From NCBI GenBank assembly GCA_001600695.1, contig BCKQ01000003.1, positions 1 through 36,603 on the forward strand: a stretch of 36,603 bases of DNA. The letters are read 5' to 3'. The position numbers and the translations under genes were made by a program. The first letter of the stretch is position 1; each line of letters opens with the position of its first letter. The notes under the pieces are model-generated. The model worked only from the letters and a program-made list of their open reading frames with translations, had not been told where the DNA came from and did not search any database. The stretch is from Ascoidea asiatica JCM 7603 (taxonomy: Eukaryota > Fungi > Ascomycota). Shown here piece by piece: positions 1 to 9,381 of the stretch.

Positions 1-5
1 TTGTT

Positions 6-1145
6 TTAGTGAAATTGAAGAATTTCATCGCAAACAGCAGTTTGAGCACCTGAATCAGTAGTTGTAGAAGTATCAGCATTAAACACCATTTCAGTAGAAA
101 CATTATTAGGGTCCAAATGCCACAAACAGTTTTGCATAACTGTTTCAAATATAAGCTTCTCTTGATGATAAATTGAACACAATTTGTCTATAATTTCAAT
201 TTTGTAATTGCTTTCTGATAGCTTTCCCATGGAAATGATATTTCTAAGAGCATTGGGTAACAACTTCACATCATTGACTTGAAGACATCCAAATTTAACA
301 GTACCTTCAGTTTTGCATATCTCTCGTCCATTGATTCCTTTCACCAAAGTGTTTGATTCTCTTTGGTCTGCAAGCAACTCGATTGAGTTGACAACATGAG
401 TTGAAGCACCAGTATCTAAGACAAAGTTTGCATTGGAAGAGGAATCTACTAGATTGACTTCTTCTTGAATTTGCATGATTGATAAACCAGTATTAAGTGG
501 GCCTTTGATCATCAGAGATTCGCCCCCATTTGGTGGGTCAGGCATTACCGTCGCCTTCATTCTCATCTCAGTCTCCGACTTAAGTACATCACAATGGAGT
601 TTGCAACCTTCAGCTACTGCATATAGATCACCAAAAGATGAGGTCTGATGTTCAAGCATAGAATCCTGAAATTTCAGATCACTTCTATATGAGGCCGGTC
701 TAGGTACCAAGAGACAGGGTTTACCAACCTTAGAAACAGCAAGAGCAGCATAAGTAGAATTAGAAGGACAAATATCAAATTCATGTAAAACAAGATTGAT
801 TTCATCAGTATCAGAAGCAACATCATTTTTATCAATTGAAACAGCATAATCATCAGGAACTTCAATGAGCTGAACATGTTCAAACTTTTTGAATTTCTTT
901 GGTTTCTTGCACTTCTTAGAGAAATGCCCATAAGCACCACAATTGAAGCATTTGATTTTGCTAAGCATCAAATTAACTTCATTAGAATCATCATTAATAA
1001 TATCGTTTTTATCATCAGTATCAATTAAACCTTCATCTCTTAATTCACGAATATCTCTAAAGATATCACCAATAGTTTTAGATTCTAAAGCAGCAAAAAC
1101 ATCAGAAGAATTACCTGAGAGTTTGTTATTCTCAAATATTATGCA
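6..1145 (-). CDS. Ty1/copia Gag-Pol fragment: gag C-terminus, CCHC zinc knuckle, aspartic protease, start of pre-integrase region (copia A)
   Basis: ORF 6..971 has CFNCGAYGHFSKKC (CX2CX4HX4C), FVLDTGASTHV (copia protease) and NIISMGKL. The frame stays open upstream to a TGA at 1146-1148 (380 codons in all). It ends at LQFH* where the integrase H-x-x-x-x-H motif is expected, so the stop at 6-8 is probably premature. Confidence 0.92.
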   Translation of the reverse strand, partial: CIIFENNKLSGNSSDVFAALESKTIGDIFRDIRELRDEGLIDTDDKNDIINDDSNEVNLMLSKIKCFNCGAYGHFSKKCKKPKKFKKFEHVQLIEVPDDYAVSIDKNDVASDTDEINLVLHEFDICPSNSTYAALAVSKVGKPCLLVPRPASYRSDLKFQDSMLEHQTSSFGDLYAVAEGCKLHCDVLKSETEMRMKATVMPDPPNGGESLMIKGPLNTGLSIMQIQEEVNLVDSSSNANFVLDTGASTHVVNSIELLADQRESNTLVKGINGREICKTEGTVKFGCLQVNDVKLLPNALRNIISMGKLSESNYKIEIIDKLCSIYHQEKLIFETVMQNCLWHLDPNNVSTEMVFNADTSTTTDSGAQTAVCDEILQFH

Positions 1146-1149
1146 TCAC

Positions 1150-3330
1150 GCCCTCTACAACCGCATATTAGCCCTTCACTGAAAAATATGAAGTAATAAT
1201 TGCTTCGTACAATTACTAATTGGAACATGAAACCAGCACTGTCGGCTGTCCATATATACGAATCACTCGAGTATACCGCAATCAAGTTCCGGTCTTACTG
1301 ATTACGTAAACTTAAGTAATTTGGACCAGGCCAGTGGATCAGACCAATCTCATGGCACTTTGTGTCTGGAGAATACTTCAACCATCTCCATGTTACATCT
1401 CGTAATATGTATGTAGACAATCCATATTCCCTGTTAAGGCTCACGCCTCTGTTGTGAATACTTGATCAACATACGAACGTGTAAACCAGTGCAGCCGGAC
1501 TACTCAGTCCCATTGTTTGGCCTTAACAGTATAGTATCCCCGAGACAGTATTCCAAGAGGTATTCCCTTGTCCTGTAGTGATCATAGGTACAAGGCCTTA
1601 TCACCAGGGCTTGCACGACTAGGCTGTCGGCAAATCCTTAGCTGCAGGGCTGTGCCGCTAGACTATATCACCTCACGTGGTATTACTTAGAAATTCTGAC
1701 ATTTCCAACCCATTATTGAGTCCAAAATATACCAGGTGGCATCCTTCGTGGGACTTTAAGTTGCCCAATTAGTGTAAGTCAATTGTTCTGTTAAAAATAA
1801 TGCATAAGAAAAAAAAGGCTGCGCATCTTCAGTACCAAATGATGTAGACCACCGATAGCACGTAAGATTATTCTGTGTTAAATCATTTAATACTCAAATG
1901 CATAGATATAATTGGAGCATGGTTGAATGAGTAAAAAACAAAAAGTTGAATAACTAGAAACGCTACAGAAAGTAAACATCAGAAAATTCAGACTAATATT
2001 CTTCTGGAAGGGGAGATAAAAGTTGTTTTCGTAGCAGATGAAGCAAACTGTCATCAAGCCCAGATTTTGAAAGTATAGTGGAAAAACTCTCTTTCTTGTG
2101 ATTCGAAACTGAGGATCCATCAGACTCGATTAATACTGTTGATTACATTAAAGAACCCGAGCTCCTAATATTTAAACACGATAACAGGAATCGGGAAATA
2201 AATTATATTGGGAGCGAATTTGCTATAACTCACCTATATTTGCTTTTGCGTTTGGGTTGTTGCCTTTGATACATATATATAATAATTAGTATTAATAAAT
2301 TTGTGTTACTAATATAGTTATAATGGACACTATTCTTTTTCTGGTATTTATTATCATTATTATTGATATTCTTCTTATTATGATTATTATTATATGTGCT
2401 TTAACCACAAAAAACTTGGAACTAACATGATTATTTGCATTAATATAAATTTTATTTTTTCAAGGCACTATTATTATTATAAGTATGTTAGGTGAAATAA
2501 GCTTTATCGATAAACTGATCTTTACGATTGTTATTATTATTACTCTTGTTATTTGCATTTTTATTTTTAATGCGAATCACCAAATTTTCGGTTTCTTAAA
2601 GTCGATGTTAAAAGTTTGTTCCCTCCCTGTGTGGTCAGTGCAGCAGCTAATTTTTGAAAACACTAATAGGGTATGAATCAATACAAAAATTTGATAAGTG
2701 ACAGGAATATGCAGAACAAAATTAGAAATAAGAACAAAATTTCTTATGTTTGGTGTAGCAGGATAGAGTCAATTTACTTCGGTGCATTAAGTTGGGACCA
2801 GTTCCATATGATATGAATATCACAGGAAACACAAATGTGAAGCAAGCCTGTGAATTGCCGTGATTGGATACTTCACTTTTTACATTTACGTTACTTAGAT
2901 TTTTGTTCTCTTTTTCATTATTTCTTCTTCGTTTCAGTTCTTTTCTTTACTTTGGTCAACTTTCAAACATATATAGTTGTCTAAGACTCAAATGTCTAAT
3001 GTCTTAGGCAATATAGATATATGCGCCGTTTGTCGACTAGACTTGCATAACCTTTAGAAAAAATATGCAAGATAGTTATGCACTAAATACTTTCTTCTGT
3101 CCCGGCTCAGTTATTTTTCAAGGTGTTAGCTATTACTCTGATAGTAATAGCTAAATACTACGGAATAGTCCAGAGCCTACTCGGGTTTCGCACTTACGGG
3201 TGACCTATCTGATTAACTCATACAGTGTTACCATTGGAAACATTATCACCGTATTAAGGAGGCGGATTATATTTAAAAATCATATTCTCCTCAATTACTT
3301 TCTTTATCTTTGTTAAGAAAGATACAATAA
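1150..3330 (-). mobile_element. Highly degenerate Ty1/copia element (copia B): probable 5' LTR, PBS, Asn-rich gag, protease remnant
   Basis: PBS-like GGTTATG at 3046-3052 (minus). Asn-rich gag carries a decayed knuckle with exact CX2CX4HX4C spacing at 2407-2448 (LY*CK*SC*FQVFC). WYILDS near 1720-1740 resembles the protease WxLDS. Many stops and frameshifts. Confidence 0.5.
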
Positions 3331-3334
3331 AAAA

Positions 3335-4000
3335 GTGGAGTTAGCTTTGTCGGTGGTCCAAGCAGAAAGTATGGTATTAGTTTCGCCTTATTTACCAAAG
3401 TTTACTTCTCATTCCTATTTTACGAGGATTTCCAAACCAGGCGCAATGGGACTAAGCAATGGGACGCATCATTACCCCTCCTGTTGCAAAAAAGTTGGTG
3501 AGCTGTCAACCCTATCTTGTAGCCAAAAACTTAGTAGATCTCAGAATTTTTGTTACGGGTGACCATACCTCCGTGCTATTTCATTTTCCAGCTGTTCGAA
3601 CTCCTCGCCAACCGCTTCCAACATAGCTGATCTTAAATATTCGAAAGAAGTACAAATTGAGACTACTAATTGAAGACGGATTGAAAAAATGAATGTTTAA
3701 AAAACGATAAGGAGCTAAAAATGCCTGACAATACAAAATCTGAGGTTCTATTGCAACTTATAAGAGGTTCAGCAGTAAAGTTGAGTATAAAGGAAGTTAG
3801 ATGTAGACTTTGGAAATAACCAGGGCAAGGGCATAAAGGCTTTGTGGGGTAATGTTAGATATACGGGTGAGAAGGATTTTAATAAGGTTTTGCTGAGCCA
3901 TTTAGTTATTCTGTATGACCACCGATATGAGGCCGAAGCGGAAGTGGCCAGCATTGTACACCCTATAAAGAGAGTTCATTTTCAGTAAGTTCTGAGGAAC
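3335..4000 (+). mobile_element. Ty3/gypsy integrase C-terminal remnant
   Basis: VSPYLPK (~SPYHPQ), then in a shifted frame TKQWDASLPLL...EFLLRVTIP (~WDxxLP...FELLxGxxP), then VLL...RYEA (~GPY/F module) near 3890-3935. Confidence 0.55.
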
Positions 4001-5069
4001 AATGAATTATGTATCATTCAGAATGACTTAGCCTTTCCTAGCGGTTCCAAAAAGTTATTGGTTAAACATGACGGGGGATTTATTGTTTTGCGTGCAGCTA
4101 TCTTAACGGGGGTGCACAATATTGCGAAACACCCGTCCGGAGAGCCTCGACACAATAACCTGCAAATATTCGCTTGAAAATGCATTTACTGACGGCGAAA
4201 TGCTCTACGAGTTCCGCATATCTTTAGAAAAAAAACATTACTGAATAGCCGATGATTTCAAGCACAGGGATGGGAATTTTGAAAGCTTTTTGGGCAGTGA
4301 ACACCTAGGTACACTGTCTTTTGAAATCAGGCAGAGAAAACGGACATTAGCTTTTTTGTGTGTTGTGACGCTCGGTCATATCCGCATATATAAAGAAACA
4401 AAAAGCATATTAATAAATTGATAGAGTATTACGTATAAGATATAGATTTTAAATAAAAAACAAAGTCCGCGTGCTACCAAGAATATTAATTTTAAATAAA
4501 TATATTTTCAACCAAATTTAGAATCTTGGGTCCAGAAGAACGACAATCTCTATTTAATTTTTTTGAAGCTGCTTTGTGAAAGGTGGAGGTGGGTATGGCA
4601 AAACATCACAAAATGACAAGGCAGTAAGGAAACAAGATTTCCGACAATTTTGAGCTTTTACGGGATAATATACACATTGCAGAAACAGCAAAGTTGCGTT
4701 GTAATATTAACTGAACTGCGTCAATCATCATTTCTAACCTCAATTCGTATAATGCTGAATTATAATACTGTTGTCCATTAAATATATGTTTTAATTTTAT
4801 TAAGTGTCTTGATTATTTTTCTGAATTTTTATTACCTATTTTCAGTTTTATGATGTGTTTAATTTTGAGTTTCCCTTTTAATTTTTGTTTCAAATTTTAT
4901 TATTTTTATTTATTTCCTTTTTGTTATTTTTTACTTATTTATCATTTGAGTTCAAGTTTCTTCACATTTGAACCAGAAAACTAATATATAAAGAGAGATT
5001 GAAACAGTTTTAAGTATTTTATTTTATTTTTAACGTAAATCTTAAATTACTAATAATTTTTATTAGTTA

Positions 5070-5930
5070 TGTCCGATGTATAATATGTTAATAATTTTAC
5101 CTCCCCCCTCCGGAATTCAGATAACTAATCAATCTTACAATGAGTTAGGAGCGTATCCGCCTCTTATTTTTGAATTTTATGTTGAACGTAAGGAAGCACC
5201 ATTTTTTAGAAATCATTCAACTGATGGTTCAACTAATAGTAAAGGTAACAGAATTTTTCAAAACGTATTTAATGCAAGTGCAAATCCTATAATTATTTCA
5301 ATTTTTTTTTGTAAATCAATGTTATTTATTGAATATAAAAAATTAATGCTCTTTTATATCGGTAGAAATAATACAACGTTAACTTTAATCCATAATGATT
5401 TATGTTCAATTAATATTTATTCTACATTCGTTTTCCTCTCAATTCTATTTAATTATAATTTAAATGTTAAACCAAACTTTAATTTATCTCCTATGTTTTC
5501 ACAATTTATTTTTATTATCCATTCCGTGTTATTTTGCCAAACAGAAAAAAGTATTAGTTAAAAAACATCGATTTGAAAAATCCTTTGTGCAATTATGCTG
5601 TCACCTTACAAGTGTAATCTAAAACATAACGGGATTTTAGCTAAAGTTGAGCATCATTCAAACGTAATTAATAATATTAATGATGTTGTTGAAGAAAGTA
5701 AAGTTACTGTTGAGAAAGGAGTCACACAACACCATTATAGTTCAATTAAAGATAATATTAAAGACAAACTTCAACATTTATGAGGAACTCAAAAATTTAG
5801 GCTTTATCTCCATACCGACGGCAAGGTTCACAATAGACTAAGCAAAGCCGAGCGGGAGGGGGAATTATTAGCCATTCAAGTTACTATCAAATGAATGTGG
5901 TACAAATCACTAAATGCTGGTTTAAAGGTA
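5070..5930 (+). pseudogene. Probable LINE ORF1 (gag-like) fragment with decayed zinc knuckles
   Basis: ORF 5076..5561 runs into FCQTEKSIS*KTSI*KILC, which has CX2CX4HX4C spacing at 5535-5576 with stops at the H and last C positions. Further Cys residues and a charged tail (ORF 5595..5783) follow. Confidence 0.38.
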
Positions 5931-6900
5931 ACATTTTTAGTCTTTCTAAATCTTAGAGACTGCTTCACCGTAAGTATTTGAATCTTTCTCACCCAATGTT
6001 TATTACAATTTTAAGAAAGCTGAATAAACTTTTTGCAGTTTCTAATGATTCATGTTTTTCTATTGCACCAGTTCAATTCAATGGTACTTCTTGACTACAA
6101 TTTTATCCGTTTTAGGAATTTATCTTTTATTCTCGATAGTTATCTGTTGAAGATTTTGGTATAAAAGCTTTAGTTTACTCTATCTTTTTTTTGATGTTTA
6201 CCAAATTTTTTTATCATCATGATTATTTTGTCTCATTTTATGAAGTGCTAGCAATTAATAAATATATTTGTAAATGTTGTTTATTCTATTGTATTTGCAA
6301 ATCTGTCTAATTGTATGCGGAATATGGAAAACTGAAAATATATCCTACTCCTGCGCATATTTATTTGTTCTTCGCGATCTACACAACCTAAACAAAAAAA
6401 GGAGTAAGTGTTACTTAGTCAACGTCTTTACCAATAAACTTGCTAGTCTACTAGGTTATTTTTGTTAGCGCTAGCTATTCATAGTCACTCTATAATAAAT
6501 GGAATGCTTGAAACCGAGGAACCAACCACGGTGCATAACCTAAGATTACTACAGTTGAATTCTACGTGAGGATAAACCTGAATAACTTGCCGGCCTAAGG
6601 ATGAGCCAGAACGTGTAGCATCAACACGTGATAAATATTGGAACTCAGTGGGACTATACTGTTTTATTCACTTGATAATTATTGCACTAACAATAATTTA
6701 GGAACAATATTGTAATATCGGCATAAGGAAAGAATCACAGAAATAATTGGATGCTGCCAAATAGTTAAGTTGCATTTTTGATTATAGTATGCTTGATATC
6801 TAATAAACGGATGCGTAATTCCCGGAAAGCTTCCCATAAAATTCCAGTTATTATGACGTTCATGTCAAGGATTCCCAGTTGGAAGCGTTTCTCAGATCAC
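5930..6900 (-). mobile_element. Truncated Ty1/copia 5' end (copia C): probable LTR, PBS, gag N-terminus
   Basis: TA|GGTTATGCACC PBS-like junction at 6530-6542. Gag-like ESLETAKSLFSFLK near 6010-6052 (~TAKxLWxxLK of copia gag). Upstream 6543-6900 is non-coding and LTR-sized. Confidence 0.5.
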
Positions 6901-7420
6901 TCCAAGTGGGAGAATCCTTTGAATTTGATTTCAGGTATAGCTGCACTTTAATAGCCCAAGTATTTTGGTTAGTTTTCTGGGATTGATTTTAAAGTAAAGC
7001 TAGAAGTGTTTTCCACTATCGGCTCAGTTTTGCGAACTCCTCCAATGGTTAGATGTTCAATCATCCGAAGCGGCATATGATCAAAAATAATTCAAAAACA
7101 GCTGGATCCGTAGCCTCTAATTGAAACATACTGGGAAAGATATACTCTAGTTAAGAACCGGATTGTTTACAACATTGACTGTCCAAAAATCTTGGAAGTT
7201 CCTTTCCTTGTCCAAATACGCTACTAAAACCCTGCAAGCCGAAAGTTTAAAAAACTATACCTATACTAGATTCGCATTACCTTTGTGTACGAAACAATTA
7301 AAACCTGTTGTCGGAAATAAGAGCCAATAATGTTAAAGGGTTTTCTCCACCAAAGATAATGGGAGTCGTGGCTTGCAAATAGTCTGACGGTTAGTTGGCC
7401 CCTCGGAGCGGTATATTTTC
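6900..7420 (-). mobile_element. Possible Ty3/gypsy gag remnant
   Basis: PIIFGGENPLTLLALIS near 7310-7365 resembles the PxxFxG start of gypsy capsids. The rest is too decayed to read. Confidence 0.28.
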
Positions 7421-7619
7421 CCCTAACACCTCTGATAGATTAAAGTGGAAACCCCTCTGTTTTTTACGAGATATTTTACGTTGGTACAAAATTTAATAAA
7501 CTTATTCAGTAAAGGAAATTACAAATATAACACTATAAGTTAAAAATGTTATGATTGACAAATCATTTTAGAAACCTAAGATTGCGAGGTTAATACTCAG
7601 ATGTTCGACAAACTAACCA

Positions 7620-7660
7620 CTAACCAATCAGCGCGTGCCAATCAATCATATAAAAAGAAA
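7620..7660 (+). promoter_or_regulatory. Pol II promoter-like cluster (two CCAAT boxes plus TATA), probably from an LTR
   Basis: AACCAATCAGCGCG (CCAAT 7624-7628), GCCAATCA (CCAAT 7638-7642) and TATAAAA (7649-7655) in tandem. Confidence 0.35.
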
Positions 7661-9381
7661 CCCAAAGAAATAAGTTTAATGTTTAACAGGAAAAAAATTC
7701 TTTCTTATGTGTTTTGGATACCTTAGTGGTCGCGACCGTCTATTGAGGAATTTCCCCCAATCCTGAGCTTCCTTGCATACGCCGCGAGAATAAAGAGGAA
7801 CAAATTTAGGTAGAAAAAATCTGGAAAACTAAGTAGGAAATCAATTAAAATTAACATTTAATTTTTTTGGATAGTAAACCAATCAGTTCACCTTCTAATC
7901 TAGAAAAGTAACAAACAAATTACCTGGAGTCGTTATTAACCCTGAAGCCTGACTGGGCAAAGAAAGGTAAGCCGCTATCTCCACTAGTGTCATGTTTTTT
8001 CCCTCGAAAGATATACGTAGTGGGAGCACTCTTTGTCTGATCATACTACCGTTAATCAATTCCATCCTGCTGAACACCTCCGTGTGTTTTTATCAATGGC
8101 CTTCCGGATTTAATTTTTGTGTGAACAGAAGCCAAATCGTTAGTTTTGTTTTATTCTTCTTTTACTGAGTGGTTTTGCTTTACGATTCTCCTATATGGCT
8201 AATATGGCGTCTACAAATATCAATGTGTGTTCTGATGTATACGCTATACTTACTGTCAGCCGAGATATTGTATGGCAAGCGACTAAAATATCACAACATA
8301 TCTCACGGCGTGTGTACCTGTTTATTGAGTCATTCAAACCCCTCGGAATTCAGGTATTCCTCATTCTACATCATACGATCTTATGCAAAGCCATGTATAT
8401 GTAGTTTTCCTTATGCTGTTCTATGAATAACTCTACATAATGTATACATTCTATTCTATAAGTTATTTGGTTCATTAAAAAAATCTTGAATTGAACACTA
8501 TATATAATATAAAAGAAGAAGAAGAAACGAAGTTCTTTTATGTTTGACTGGGAGATTCGAAATTTTTCAGTGGCAAACTATAGTTTGCTTCCAAGTTGTG
8601 CGAATGTCCTCGGAAACCTTATCCTGGAGCAACATCGCGTCAGTAGGAGACTGAGCATAGGGTTCCAAACACCGTAAATTGTGGCACACAAAAACCCTAG
8701 TGGTAGGCAGCACTTAGAAGAAGTGTAGCAAGCAGTATAATGAACAGAATAAGAACGAGAAGAATAACTTGGAAAGGATAAAATGGCAGGCAAAATAGGT
8801 GAGAGCCTGAAGGAATAATAGCAAACAAAATAAAATACAATAAATATTAATGATAAGTATAAGTAAGGAACAATTAATTGATAAATACACATTAAAACAA
8901 ACAGTAAAAATACATAGTAACAACATGTTGTAATAAATTTGAAAGTTTGAACAAAGTAGTTGAACAAATCTAACACAAATATTAAAATCGAAAATTAAAA
9001 AAATATTTTTGATAGAAAAAGATTTACCAAGATAAACCAAATGAAAAAAAAATTGAAATAACATAATTTTATCAACTATTTCTCTGAAAATTACCTACTT
9101 TCAAAAGCGAGACTAATTTCGGTCCAGAAAGAAGTTATGTTAGAACATCAAAAGGATTTAAATTTCAGGAACATGACGATACCAAATCATCTAGATTGAT
9201 AGAATTGTCTGAGTTTATTAGCTCTGTTTCTCATATGACCCAGAATTATAATATCTTATGACCTTTTATGGTTCTGAAACAAGAACCACATCATCTGAAC
9301 GTAGAGGTGCCGTTATATTATAATAGTAACAAATTTCTTGACACAGACCTTTGGGTCATAATCATAAATGAATGCATAAAC

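Noticed and set aside
2320-2676. Plus-strand Ile-rich 'membrane protein' (ORF 2485..2676 and upstream)
   Set aside because: The ATT repeats are the antisense of AAT (Asn) runs in the minus-strand copia gag that carries the zinc-knuckle remnant.
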